Part shown: one piece after another, positions 27,792 through 38,490 of the stretch | Position numbering within the stretch: the stretch's first letter is position 1 | Layout of the letters: the number at the start of each line of letters is the position of its first letter | Translations under genes and position numbers: made by a program | The notes under the pieces: generated by a model | Database searches by the model: none | Told to the model about the DNA's origin: nothing | What the model saw: the letters and a program-made list of their open reading frames with translations, nothing else | DNA from: a virus | Lineage: Duplodnaviria; Heunggongvirae; Uroviricota; Caudoviricetes | IMG/VR virus record: IMGVR_UViG_3300021426_000065 | Span: 103,173-167,172 of that record | DNA length: 64,000 bases | Direction: 5' to 3' (one strand)

Positions 27792-29021
27792 ATGTTGAAT
27801 GCGAATCAAGAACGCGAGTTGGCCTATGTAGTAATTGTTGATGGTATTGAACCTATTCCAGGCTACGACCGCGTAGAACATGCCATTATTGGTGGATGGC
27901 GAGTTATTGTACAGAAAGGCCAATTTAAGGTTGGCGACCCCGCGATTTATTTTGAAATTGACTCTCGCGTACCCTCTGATAAGGAGTGCTTCGCATTTCT
28001 TGAAAAGCGCAATTATAAGGTTAAGACCTTAAAAATGTGTAAAACCATTTCTCAGGGTTTGCTTATGCACGCAACTGATTTTGGCTGGAATTGGTATATA
28101 GATGAAGGAAAAAATATTCCATATATTTATAATAATCAAACAGAAGAGCGTTATTATCCTGATAATGAATCTCGTTTCCTAACCAAGCAACTTGGCGTAA
28201 CCTATGCGGATGAAGAAGATAATCAGCGTAAAGCCGCGTCAGTAGACAAGTATAAGAAAATGGCTTCTCGTCATCCCAATATCTTCAAGAAGCCTTTTGT
28301 TCGCTGGCTAATGAAGTATAAGTTTGGCCGCGGAATTATGTTCTTCTTCTTCGGCAAAAAGAAAGACAAGAAGGGCGGATGGCCCGCTTGGGTCCAAAAG
28401 ACAGATGAAGAACGGGTGCAGAATATGCCTTGGATTCTTACTGACGAAGGCGATTGGGTAGCAACTGAAAAGATTGATGGCACTTCAACCACTTTTACTA
28501 TGAAGCGTGGTAAGTTTGGTAAAAAGTCTTTCTATGTTTGTTCTCGCAATGTATGTTTTGATAGCGTAGATAAACCTTGTTATTATGATAGTAATGTTTA
28601 TTGGGAGATGGCTAAAAAGTATAATATTTTTGATGTGCTTTCTAAAATGCTAGACAGCAATCCCTCAGAAGAATGGATTACTATTCAGGGAGAAACCTAT
28701 GGTGAAGGCGTGCAGCGCCGTGAATATTCTATGAGCGGTCATGATTTCGCAGCTTTCAACCTTGTATTCTCTACCAAAGGACGCGTAGGCACTATTGAAA
28801 TGATTGGTATTCTTTCTCAATACAATGTTCCTTGTGTACCTGTTGTTGAAGAAAAGATGAAAATTAATCAATTTGAAAATGTAGATGCTATCCTAAATTA
28901 CGCAGAAGGCAATTCCAAGGTAGATGGCCAGCCCCGTGAAGGCATCGTCTTCCGCACTCTTGATGGCACCAAGTCTTTTAAAGCAGTAAGTAATAGTTTT
29001 CTACTAAAATATCATGGATAA
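27792..29021 (+). CDS. ATP-dependent polynucleotide ligase, probably an RNA ligase (Rnl-like).
   Basis: Nucleotidyltransferase motif I EKIDGTS, motif IV EGIVFR, motif V lysines. 409 aa with an extra N-terminal domain. A separate DNA ligase exists at 36742. Confidence 0.5.
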   Translation: MLNANQERELAYVVIVDGIEPIPGYDRVEHAIIGGWRVIVQKGQFKVGDPAIYFEIDSRVPSDKECFAFLEKRNYKVKTLKMCKTISQGLLMHATDFGWNWYIDEGKNIPYIYNNQTEERYYPDNESRFLTKQLGVTYADEEDNQRKAASVDKYKKMASRHPNIFKKPFVRWLMKYKFGRGIMFFFFGKKKDKKGGWPAWVQKTDEERVQNMPWILTDEGDWVATEKIDGTSTTFTMKRGKFGKKSFYVCSRNVCFDSVDKPCYYDSNVYWEMAKKYNIFDVLSKMLDSNPSEEWITIQGETYGEGVQRREYSMSGHDFAAFNLVFSTKGRVGTIEMIGILSQYNVPCVPVVEEKMKINQFENVDAILNYAEGNSKVDGQPREGIVFRTLDGTKSFKAVSNSFLLKYHG

Positions 29022-29042
29022 TATATAAAAGGAGAAAGTAAA

Positions 29043-29594
29043 ATGAATAATATGTTTAATGGAATGTTTGGAAAAATTGCCCCTGGCATGTGCCGTGTCT
29101 CTATGAATGGCGAAATTGCTATTAAAACCTCTAATGGCTATAAGACATATAATGTAGAAACTGGCACGCTAACTAATTGCGATAATTTCGCATTTGATAT
29201 TGGTGAGGATTTCTTCTTCATTATCCCAACCAACAAGGTTCATAAGGGAGATATTATTCTAGCGGGCGGCAAGCCTCGTTGTGTAATTGAAGCCGCGGCG
29301 AATGAAATTAAGACCTTCTGCTATGAAGATGGTACTATTGGAACTATCGTCCCCGAACATCACATGTTTATGGGTAAGCAGTATTTCTATGGTAAGATTG
29401 TCTCGATGTTCGGCAATATGATGAGCGAAAAGGGTGGCATGAATAACATGATGAAGTATATGATGATGTCTGAAATGATGAAGGGCAACAGTAATACTAA
29501 TTCTATGCTACCAATGATGTTCATGATGAACGGCGGCCTTAATTTTAATAACATTTTTGATGTAGACGAAGAGGAAGAAAAGGAGGATAAGTAA
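29043..29594 (+). CDS. Met/Asn-rich low-complexity protein.
   Basis: Shine-Dalgarno AAGGAGAAAG, TAA stop. Confidence 0.45.
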   Translation: MNNMFNGMFGKIAPGMCRVSMNGEIAIKTSNGYKTYNVETGTLTNCDNFAFDIGEDFFFIIPTNKVHKGDIILAGGKPRCVIEAAANEIKTFCYEDGTIGTIVPEHHMFMGKQYFYGKIVSMFGNMMSEKGGMNNMMKYMMMSEMMKGNSNTNSMLPMMFMMNGGLNFNNIFDVDEEEEKEDK

Positions 29595-29596
29595 GT

Positions 29597-30445
29597 ATGG
29601 GTGGCGGTACATGGACTACCACAGCTTATAATGCTAGTATCAGAAGCATGGGCTTCAAGGACGCAACCTCTGTAAGCTATACTAGTAATATCCAGTCGGT
29701 TTATAAAGAAAATCATCTACACCCTCTGCTGAATCCCTATGGAGTTACTCGTGAGTGCCGCGACACAGAAGAGCATCCAGAAACAATTCCTGTTATTCTC
29801 GCGCTAGATGTTACCGGAAGTATGGGGCGGGCAGCCGCGATGTGCGCGGGAAAACTAGATGAAGTAATGCAAGAACTTTACTCAAAAGTAAAAGATGTAG
29901 AGTTTCTAATGATGGGCATTGGCGATTTGAGTTATGATGACGCGCCAATCCAGGCTTCGCAGTTTGAAAGCGACATCCGCATTCTAGACCAGACTACAAA
30001 GATTTATTTTGAAGGTGGTGGCGGCGGCAATTCGTTTGAATCCTATACGGCCGCGTGGTATTTTGGCCTACATAATACCGAACTTGATTGTTGGAAGCGC
30101 GGAAAGAAGGGCATTATCATCACACTCGGTGATGAGCCGCTTAATCCATATCTTCCCGGTCATAATTTAAGTAAAGTACTTGGGTGCCCTGCGCAAGATG
30201 TTAATACCCCAGAACTTTATAAAGAAGTCTGTGAAAAGTTTGATGTATATCATATTGCTATTACCAATGAAAGCAGTTATAGACACTATGATGAAGCAAT
30301 TAAAAACACTTGGGGTGAACTTCTAGGCCAGCATTTAATTGTTGCGTCTAGTGAAGAACTACCAAAGGTAATTGGTGAAATTGTAGCAGAACATGAAAAT
30401 GGCACTAATACAATTAATGTAACAGAGGAAGGAATTAGTTGGTAA
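29597..30445 (+). CDS. vWA-domain protein.
   Basis: MIDAS motif LALDVTGSMG. Confidence 0.5.
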   Translation: MGGGTWTTTAYNASIRSMGFKDATSVSYTSNIQSVYKENHLHPLLNPYGVTRECRDTEEHPETIPVILALDVTGSMGRAAAMCAGKLDEVMQELYSKVKDVEFLMMGIGDLSYDDAPIQASQFESDIRILDQTTKIYFEGGGGGNSFESYTAAWYFGLHNTELDCWKRGKKGIIITLGDEPLNPYLPGHNLSKVLGCPAQDVNTPELYKEVCEKFDVYHIAITNESSYRHYDEAIKNTWGELLGQHLIVASSEELPKVIGEIVAEHENGTNTINVTEEGISW

Positions 30446-30446
30446 T

Positions 30447-31526
30447 ATGGAAGTCAAAGTTGTAATTGGAAGTAATTATGGCGACGAGGGTAAGGGATTG
30501 GTATCGGCAAATCTCGCGCGCGAAGCAAAGCAGGAAAATAAGAAGTCTCTCACTGTATTTTATAATGGCACAGTACAAAGAGCGCATTCTTTTGGAAATA
30601 AAGTACTTCATTGTCTAGCCGCCGGCGAAGAGTTTGGTAGTGATACTTATTATCACCATATGTTCGTCGTAGACCCAATTGCAGTTTGGCTTACACAGTC
30701 TCGTGTATATATTGACCCTAATTGTCGCGTGATTCTACCTTGCGACGTCATGGAAAATCGCAAGGTAGAAAAAGACCGCGGTGACAAGCGCCATGGCTCA
30801 TGTGGATTAGGTCTATTCGCCGCGGTAAAACGTAGTAAAAAATTAGAAGATAATGTTGTAATTAATGATTTTTGTAGTCCATATAATCTGTACTTTAAAT
30901 TAAAAGAAATTGAGCAACGCCATCCAACAGAAAAAGATACATTATATAATATTGATATGTTCATGCGAGCAGTCGCGTGGATTGTGAGTAATTGTAAGAT
31001 TATCACATTTGACGACTTAGTGAAAAATCATCAGTATGATACAATTATTTATGAAGGCGGGCAAGGACTACTACTTGACCAAACTAATATGGATGATTTT
31101 CCGCACCTAACTCCTTCCAGTGTGGGAATGTATAATATTACACATGATATTAATAAATTAAATTGTACGCCCGAACTATTCTATGTTTCGCGCACTTATA
31201 TGACACGGCATGGCGCTGGACCAATGGAGTTTGAGTGCAATAAAGAAGATATTAACCCCAGCATTGTTGATAATGTTAATCAGCCAAATGAATGGCAAGG
31301 TTCTCTACGATTTGGCCGCATTGATTTGAATACGCTTTATCAGCGTATTCAGAAAGATGCCGCGACATATAATAATAATTCAAATATTAATCTTGTCTTT
31401 ACTCAATTAAATTATACAGATAATAAGATTGAGACAAATAATGGACGAGTAGATATTATCAAACCAGATTTTTGTTCAAAGATTTATATTTCAAACGACA
31501 AATATTATATTTTTAATAAGGAGTAA
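30447..31526 (+). CDS. Adenylosuccinate-synthetase-like protein. At 359 aa it is short for PurA, so it is possibly PurZ-like.
   Basis: P-loop VVIGSNYGDEGKGL matches the PurA GDEGKGK motif. The protein is about 70 aa shorter than bacterial PurA. Confidence 0.5.
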   Translation: MEVKVVIGSNYGDEGKGLVSANLAREAKQENKKSLTVFYNGTVQRAHSFGNKVLHCLAAGEEFGSDTYYHHMFVVDPIAVWLTQSRVYIDPNCRVILPCDVMENRKVEKDRGDKRHGSCGLGLFAAVKRSKKLEDNVVINDFCSPYNLYFKLKEIEQRHPTEKDTLYNIDMFMRAVAWIVSNCKIITFDDLVKNHQYDTIIYEGGQGLLLDQTNMDDFPHLTPSSVGMYNITHDINKLNCTPELFYVSRTYMTRHGAGPMEFECNKEDINPSIVDNVNQPNEWQGSLRFGRIDLNTLYQRIQKDAATYNNNSNINLVFTQLNYTDNKIETNNGRVDIIKPDFCSKIYISNDKYYIFNKE

Positions 31527-31528
31527 TT

Positions 31529-32485
31529 ATGTTTATTTTCATTATCGGTATTCTTTTACTAATTGGTTCTATTGTTGCCCTAGTAATAAAAACAGAAGCA
31601 GAATATAAGGCAGTAGTACGAGTAAGTGGAGTTGTAGCATTTATTCTCGCGCTTGTGTTGGTTAGTTTTTCATGCATTTCTTATGTCCCTACCGGCTATA
31701 CTGGTATTGTAACGACATTCGGTAAAGTTCATGACGTAACCCTTGACGCCGGCATTAATTTCCACGCGCCTTGGGATAAGGTAATTACAATGGACAACCG
31801 CGAACAACGTGTTCCATTTACTATGCAGGCATTTTCGTCTGATATTCAGGAAGTATCTATCTCTGGCTCTGTAAACCTAAATATTGATAAGAGTACAGCG
31901 ATGAATCTATATCGTGAAGTAGGTACAAATTACCTAAATATTCTAGTAATGCCACGCATTTCAGAAGAAGTAAAAAGCGTTATTAGCAAATATACCGCCG
32001 AAGGACTTATTGTGAATAGAAATAATCTATCTCTTGAAATGGCTGATTTACTAAAATCCGCGCTGGCGCAGCAAGGTATTAATATCTTATCCGTCGCGGT
32101 TGAAGATGTAGACTTCTCTGATGCTTTTACTAATGCTGTTGAAGCAAAGCAGGTTGCTACACAGGAAAAGCAGAAAGCACAGACCGAACAGGAACGCATG
32201 ACTATGGAAGAAGAAGCGGCTTCAAAGCGTGCCATTATTATTGCTAATGCCGAAGCAGAGAAGGCCAAAATCGCCGCGCAGGCAGACCTTGAAGTCGTAA
32301 AGATTCAGGCCGAGGCCGCGCTATATGCTGGCGAAAAAGAAGCCGAAAAGAATAAGCGTATTGCCGAAGCACTAAGCGACGAACTAATTAAATATTACTG
32401 GATTAAGCAATGGAATGGTAAGCTTCCTACCGTATCCACAGATAATGCCATGTCAATCCTAAATATTCCAGAAATTACAGAATAA
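31529..32485 (+). CDS. SPFH/band-7 (stomatin or prohibitin-like) membrane protein.
   Basis: N-terminal transmembrane helix, SPFH core, Ala/Glu-rich coiled coil. Confidence 0.6.
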   Translation: MFIFIIGILLLIGSIVALVIKTEAEYKAVVRVSGVVAFILALVLVSFSCISYVPTGYTGIVTTFGKVHDVTLDAGINFHAPWDKVITMDNREQRVPFTMQAFSSDIQEVSISGSVNLNIDKSTAMNLYREVGTNYLNILVMPRISEEVKSVISKYTAEGLIVNRNNLSLEMADLLKSALAQQGINILSVAVEDVDFSDAFTNAVEAKQVATQEKQKAQTEQERMTMEEEAASKRAIIIANAEAEKAKIAAQADLEVVKIQAEAALYAGEKEAEKNKRIAEALSDELIKYYWIKQWNGKLPTVSTDNAMSILNIPEITE

Positions 32486-32896
32486 TCCCATGTCTAAAAT
32501 AATCTGGTATGCTTGGATTTATATGCCCAATGGTTATAAAGGAATAATTAAAATTAATTCATATGATAATTTAAGTAGAACTTGTGATATAGTTTTTTCT
32601 GGCGGTATAGCCGCGGAAGTATCAATGAATTGGATACATGCCTGTAATGGATGTATCTTACCTTGGGAAGAAGATAAAAAATGTCAAGATTAATTTCTTG
32701 ACATTTTTTTAAAATTATAGTATAATTAATATATCAAGAGGAAAGGAAGTAGAAAAATGACTTACTTTGAGTTCGTCCGTCGCTTTAATCAGATGTATAC
32801 CATTATTGATGAGACACCAGAAGAACGTATCGCAAGTGCACTTGAACGTATCGCAGACGCAATGGAAAAAGAAAGTCAGAAAGAGGAAAAAGAAAA

Positions 32897-33285
32897 TGGC
32901 TAATTATTTGATTGTCGCGCAGGAAGATATGTATCGGGGCGAGCATGGTATTGAAGATTGGACTATTGAAGATTGTGCTAATGTACAAGAAGCAATTGCT
33001 ATCGGCCGCGAAATGTCATTAGATTTAATTGATTCTTATTGCCAATTTTATAACTCTTATAAAGAAAATGCTGAATGCTGGGCTGACCAGGAAGAAGAGG
33101 ACGGTAAGTTTTTATCTGCCGAAGCAAGAGAAGAGTATATCGCCAATGCAATTGAAGAGCAGCGCGAAGATGCAGTGTATTGTATGTGCTGGAAACTTTC
33201 TGATAAATTTGACTATTCCTCTCTAAACAAAGAAGATATTGATTGGCGCAATATTGCGGATATATATGGCGAGGAGGAATATTAA
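32897..33285 (+). CDS. Acidic hypothetical protein.
   Basis: Shine-Dalgarno then ATG 32897 inside track ORF 32767..33285. Confidence 0.45.
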
Positions 33286-33540
33286 TGACGACTATACTCC
33301 TTGGTTTAATTCTAATTGTACTAGTTTGCTATGTATTAAATGATGATAATATGAGGTATTAATATGAATAAGGAAAACAAAATTAAGGCACTTGAATATC
33401 GTTATAATCTAATTATGAAGCGCGGATTTTACAATAATAAAATTGGTAATAAGATTCTTCGTAAGATTAGAAAGTTGGAGAGAGAGGAATGACTTGGATT
33501 GTTTGGACCTGTATTGGAGTCACAGTCGCGCTCTTTATCT

Positions 33541-34419
33541 ATGCCCTCTGTAAAGCCGGAAATTGGTTCCAAGAATAAAGTTTTTTATTTCACAGACATA
33601 CATGGCCACTTACATTTATGTAATTATATTATAAATTATTGTAATACATTAGACCCAGATTGTGCAATAATTTTCGGCGGTGATGCCTGTGATCGCGGAA
33701 TCTATGGATATGAAATTATGAAAGTTCTTTTAAATAGTGAAAATATAATTTATTTAAAAGGTAATCATGAAGATATGTTCGTTAAAGCTGCGAAAGAATT
33801 TATGGAACATTTTCCTGCTTATGGCAACATGTCTTTAGAAACTATAACACGTATTTTAAAGGGCGTAAATATATTTGATAATAAATATCCAGCATTGCAA
33901 ATATATTTATATAACGGCGGAAAAGAAACATTGATTAATTGGCTTTTGAAAGAACCAAGAAAAGAAGAATTTGTAGAACGAATTAACTCACTTCCTCTAA
34001 CATATTCATATAAAAACATTGATTTCTGTCATGCTGGTGGGGTATATCCAAGTTTTACCAGAGAACAAAAAAATGAATTTGATATGGAGAGTATTTTATG
34101 GAATCGAACCGCCTTTGATTATGGATGGGCCCCCAATAGAATCTGTATTCATGGCCATACTCCCACGCCAGCAATGCCTAAAAGATGTGGCGGCCGAATG
34201 CCTATTCATGAGGCGCATCCGCTGAAATATCGTGGCGATTTTGACGATAAATATACTGGATACAAAATTAACATGGACACAGGAGTGTTCGCTTCTGGAC
34301 GTATTTTTATACTAGATTGCTGTAATTTAATTGCCACTGGTTTTTACGACCATGAAATTAATGATACAGAAAAGCTATCACATAATATAGAAAAAATAAT
34401 AGATATTAATTTATCATAA
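33541..34419 (+). CDS. Calcineurin-like Ser/Thr or diadenosine-polyphosphate phosphatase (PrpE/ApaH-like).
   Basis: Motifs DIHG, GDACDRG, GNHE. Confidence 0.55.
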   Translation: MPSVKPEIGSKNKVFYFTDIHGHLHLCNYIINYCNTLDPDCAIIFGGDACDRGIYGYEIMKVLLNSENIIYLKGNHEDMFVKAAKEFMEHFPAYGNMSLETITRILKGVNIFDNKYPALQIYLYNGGKETLINWLLKEPRKEEFVERINSLPLTYSYKNIDFCHAGGVYPSFTREQKNEFDMESILWNRTAFDYGWAPNRICIHGHTPTPAMPKRCGGRMPIHEAHPLKYRGDFDDKYTGYKINMDTGVFASGRIFILDCCNLIATGFYDHEINDTEKLSHNIEKIIDINLS

Positions 34420-34420
34420 G

Positions 34421-34449
34421 ATGCGGCGTTAAACGCCGCATTTTTTTTG
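34421..34449 (+). terminator. Rho-independent terminator.
   Basis: Stem gatgcggcgtt-aa-acgccgcat followed by T8. Confidence 0.6.
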
Positions 34450-34483
34450 TTATTTTAATACATATTATCTAGGCAGACGGGAG

Positions 34484-34900
34484 GTGGTGTCAATGGAGCA
34501 GGAAGTACTCAATTGGATATGGTCCAATATTTGGAAAATTATTGTTATCTTATCTTTATTTATTGAAATTACACCTATTAAATGGAATCCGTTATCTTCG
34601 GCGTTTAAATGGCTTGGCCGCAAGCTGACCGCGCGAATTGAAGATGACTTATCTGCAATTCATAAAGAAATTGAAGAGAACGAAAAAGACCGTATTCGTT
34701 GGGAAATTTTAGATTTTGCAAACTCATGTCGCAATGGCAGGAAGCACACAAAAGATGAATATTAGCATATAATGACCTTAAATGATAAATATACAAAACT
34801 ACTCGCAAAAACACATGATAAAAATGGTGTTTTTGAAGCAGAATACGAGTATATTAAAAAATTATATGCCGAACGCCAAATGAAAAATGATTTTCTATAA
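34484..34900 (+). CDS. Membrane protein with one in-frame TAG (at 34763), possibly a holin partner.
   Basis: N-terminal transmembrane helix. The frame continues past TAG to TAA. Confidence 0.4.
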
Positions 34901-34912
34901 GGAGGAATTACT

Positions 34913-35122
34913 ATGAAAGAATGGATTAAAGCCGCGGGAATACGCGCACTAAAAACAGTCGCATAGACAGCAGTCGCTACAATAGGAACAAGCGCAGTTA
35001 TATCAGAAGTAAATTGGGTAATGGTTGCATCTGCTTCTGTCTTAGCCGGTATATTAAGTCTATTAACCAGCGTTGCTGGTCTACCAGAATTAAAACAACC
35101 AGAAGAAAATATAACCGAGTAA
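34913..35122 (+). CDS. Holin-like protein of 69 aa with two transmembrane helices and one in-frame TAG.
   Basis: Shine-Dalgarno GGAGGAA then ATG. Sequence ...AVATIGTSAVI...ASASVLAGILSLL. Confidence 0.45.
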
Positions 35123-35182
35123 TTACTTGACTTTTTTATTTTTTTATAGTATAATATAAGAAAAGGAATAAGGAGCAAGTAA

Positions 35183-35683
35183 ATGGAAGAACGTCGCAGT
35201 AAAGAAAAAGTCTTGTCGCTGGAAATTTATACAGATGGTTCATTAAAAAAACGTGGCCAGCTAACATTCGGTGGCTGGGGCTTTATTGCGGTACAAGATA
35301 GTCAACAAATTGAGGCGCGGGCGGGTAGCGAAAAGGATACAACAAATCAGCGTATGGAATTAACCGCAATCGTAGAAGCATTGAAATATGCTTCCGCTAC
35401 CCGCCGCACCAATGAAAAAATTATTATTTATAGTGACTCTGCTTACGCCATTAACTGTTATAGACAAGAATGGTATCATGGATGGATGGCAAACGGATGG
35501 GTCAATTCAAAAGGAGAGCCGGTCGCCAATCAAGATTTATGGTATCAAATTGTGCCTTATTTTGATAATTTTTGGTATGATTTTAGAAAAGTAACTGGCC
35601 ATGCAGGTAACTATTGGAACGAATGCTGTGATGACCTAGCTCAGGCACAGTCAGAAGCATTAAAACAAGAATATAGAGGTTAA
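35183..35683 (+). CDS. rnhA: Ribonuclease HI.
   Basis: Motifs IYTDGS, ELTA, IIYSDS, HAGNYWNECCDDLA. Confidence 0.75.
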   Translation: MEERRSKEKVLSLEIYTDGSLKKRGQLTFGGWGFIAVQDSQQIEARAGSEKDTTNQRMELTAIVEALKYASATRRTNEKIIIYSDSAYAINCYRQEWYHGWMANGWVNSKGEPVANQDLWYQIVPYFDNFWYDFRKVTGHAGNYWNECCDDLAQAQSEALKQEYRG

Positions 35684-35684
35684 T

Positions 35685-36008
35685 ATGGATAACGAAATTT
35701 ATCGAGTAGGACGTGATGAATATGTCGGTTTCATGGCTGAAATAAAACCAGAATGCCGTGAAGTAGAAATATCTCATCTAAAAAATAATACCATAGTAAA
35801 AGTATTGAGTAAAAAGACTGGAAAACATTTATGTTCTCGTATTATTCCAGAAGAAGATGAAGAACAATATTATATCTTCAATATGCCAGATAATGATGAG
35901 CGGCAACGTGGTCGCGCGATTAGAAAAATTACTTTAAAAACGCAAGAAGAAGTTCAATCATTTTTTGACGCACTTTCTAAGGTAATGAAGGAGAATGAAC
36001 ATGGTTGA
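35685..36008 (+). CDS. Hypothetical protein.
   Basis: ORF, TGA stop. Confidence 0.45.
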   Translation: MDNEIYRVGRDEYVGFMAEIKPECREVEISHLKNNTIVKVLSKKTGKHLCSRIIPEEDEEQYYIFNMPDNDERQRGRAIRKITLKTQEEVQSFFDALSKVMKENEHG

Positions 36009-36187
36009 AATTTTTACCGATATTTCAGATACAACAAAAGCGGGCGCGGAAATGATTTTTAATATCGCCAGTTAGTTAAACCCAACAAAAATGGCAGAAC
36101 TACTTAATAATTATACAAACGCTTGCCCCGAAAATGAACAAGAGTTTGTTCGTTTCTATTTTAATATGCGTATGAGGTAGATAATGA

Positions 36188-36739
36188 ATGAAAGTGATAA
36201 TGATAAGCGGTAAAAGCGGCTCTGGAAAAGATGCCGTAGCAAACGCCTTTGCTCAAAAATTAGAAGCACGAAATAATCAGGTACTAACTATTCATTTCGC
36301 TGATTTAGTAAAATTTTACGCCCTCATTTATTATAAGTGGGACGGCGAAAAGGATGAAGCCGGCCGTAAACTATTGCAAACAATTGGCACCGAAATGATG
36401 CGCACATATGAGCCAGATTATTGGGCTAATATTGTAGCAAAATTTATTGATGCATCAAAAGATGATTTTGATGTTGCATTAATTCCCGATTGGCGTTTCA
36501 TTAATGAATATGAGCGTGTATGCCATTATAACAGTGATGTATGTGCAATTCGTATTGAGCGCTATAATCCAGATGGAACTGCTTATGTCAATCCTAATAT
36601 GACAGCAGAGCAACTACGTCATATCAGTGAAACACAATTAGATAAGTTTGCATTTGATTATATTATTGAAAATCGTGATGGGCTTAAAGCCCTTGAAGAT
36701 TCAGTTGATGTAATTATTGAAGATTTAATGAAGGAGTAA
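36188..36739 (+). CDS. dNMP kinase-like P-loop kinase.
   Basis: Motif ISGKSGSGKD, similar to T4 gp1. Confidence 0.55.
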   Translation: MKVIMISGKSGSGKDAVANAFAQKLEARNNQVLTIHFADLVKFYALIYYKWDGEKDEAGRKLLQTIGTEMMRTYEPDYWANIVAKFIDASKDDFDVALIPDWRFINEYERVCHYNSDVCAIRIERYNPDGTAYVNPNMTAEQLRHISETQLDKFAFDYIIENRDGLKALEDSVDVIIEDLMKE

Positions 36740-36741
36740 TT

Positions 36742-37854
36742 ATGGATTTATTTACTATGGAACCCATGAAGTACTGGTCAATCCAAAGTACCGTTTCACC
36801 ACAAGATAAACGCATGAAGCTTGAACGTTTAAGTGAAAGTGGAAATTATCTTTTTGGTATTAAAACCGACGGAAATTGGAGTCGCGCGGTTCTTACTGCG
36901 GAGCGCAAAGCACTTCAAACACGCGGTATTTCTAAAAATACTGGAACTTACGGCGAAATCCAAGATAAAGTATTTTTTTGGGACGCTGTTGTAAATGCTT
37001 TCCAAGATGGAGATACTGTAATTCTTGGTGAAGTATATCGTGATGGTGATATAGATAAAGATATTGGTAGTGTACTTAGGTGTCTAACGCCAAAAGCACG
37101 CGAGCGTCAAAAAAATAATCCATTAAGATGGCGTATTTTTGATGTGCTTTATATTGATGGCCAAAATCTAATGGATACAGATTTTGAAGAACGTATTAAA
37201 TATATTCCACAAGTAGTAAATAGAATCAATTCTCCATTGGTTGAAGGCGTTGAATATTATCCAATGGATGATACTTTCTTTGATAAAATGGGTAAAATTT
37301 TTGCCGCGGGAGGAGAGGGCGCGGTATGTTATAAGCGTAATGCGCATTACGAAGCCGGCAAAAGAGGCCCGCACGCTTGGGACAGTATTAAAGTTAAGCA
37401 AGAGATTTCATCTGATATTGATTGCTTTATTTTAAATACCGTACCGTGCGAAAAAAATTATAATGGCGGTGATATTGGACATTGGCAATTTTGGGAGAAC
37501 ACACGCACTGGCGAAAAGCTTTGCGGCGAATATTATGGAGATTACCATCTTGGTGGCCCTTATATTCCAATTTCAAAAAATTATTATTATAATTGGCCAG
37601 CCAGTATTACTGTGGGTGTTTTTGATGGAGAAGGAAATAAAATTGAATTATGTAAAGTCGCAGGATTAACTGAAGAGTTCAAAAACGAACTACGTGACCA
37701 TTTTGATGATTATTATATGTGTCCCGTAAGTATTAATGGAATGATGGTTTCTACAGCGCGCGAAAATATTTCAATTCGTCATCCAGTTCTAAAATCAATT
37801 AGAATGGAAGACATTTCTCCGGAAGATTGCACTCTTGAAAAAATTTTAAATTAA
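36742..37854 (+). CDS. ATP-dependent DNA ligase.
   Basis: Motif I GIKTDGNWSR (KxDGxR) and EGAVCYKR. Confidence 0.65.
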   Translation: MDLFTMEPMKYWSIQSTVSPQDKRMKLERLSESGNYLFGIKTDGNWSRAVLTAERKALQTRGISKNTGTYGEIQDKVFFWDAVVNAFQDGDTVILGEVYRDGDIDKDIGSVLRCLTPKARERQKNNPLRWRIFDVLYIDGQNLMDTDFEERIKYIPQVVNRINSPLVEGVEYYPMDDTFFDKMGKIFAAGGEGAVCYKRNAHYEAGKRGPHAWDSIKVKQEISSDIDCFILNTVPCEKNYNGGDIGHWQFWENTRTGEKLCGEYYGDYHLGGPYIPISKNYYYNWPASITVGVFDGEGNKIELCKVAGLTEEFKNELRDHFDDYYMCPVSINGMMVSTARENISIRHPVLKSIRMEDISPEDCTLEKILN

Positions 37855-37884
37855 TGTTGTTCCTCGAACAACGAGGAGGTTTTT

Positions 37885-38490
37885 ATGGCTTTAGATTTTG
37901 ATATTTCCACTCTTTTAGAGTAGGTTGGTTTTAACGCAAAAGATTATCAATATTTTCATCAATTATTAGATAATCGCACCATACTTTTTAATACTTATAT
38001 TGATGAGGATATAGTAGAAAAAATCTATCTACCTCTAAAAGAGTTTGAAAACGATACATCTGTTGAGCCAGTGACACTTATTCTTAACTCTCCTGGTGGC
38101 TCTGTTGCAGATGGTTTCTTTCTAGCACATTACATTGCGCAGTATAAGAAACAATTAAATATAATTGTTCTTGGGTATGCTGCTTCTATGTCCGCAGTAA
38201 TTTTAGCCGCGGGCGGAAAGAATGACAACGTGCATCGTATGTGCTATCCAAGCACCTATGCTTTAGTACATGATGGTTATATTACTATGGAATCTAGCGA
38301 ATCAAAAACCGCGCAAGATTTTATGGCATTTAATGATAAAGTTGATAATGATATTAAAGATTTTATTATTAAAAATACAAATATAACCGCAGAATTATAT
38401 GAGTCAAAAACTAGACATCAATGGTTTATTTCCGCGAAAGAAATGAAAGAATTAAATTTAATTGATGAAATTATTGGAAGTGAAGAATAA
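37885..38490 (+). CDS. ClpP-like serine protease with one in-frame TAG.
   Basis: LNSPGGSV...YAASMSAVILAAG. Shine-Dalgarno GAGGAGG. Same frame as track ORF 38071..38490 across the TAG. Confidence 0.6.
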
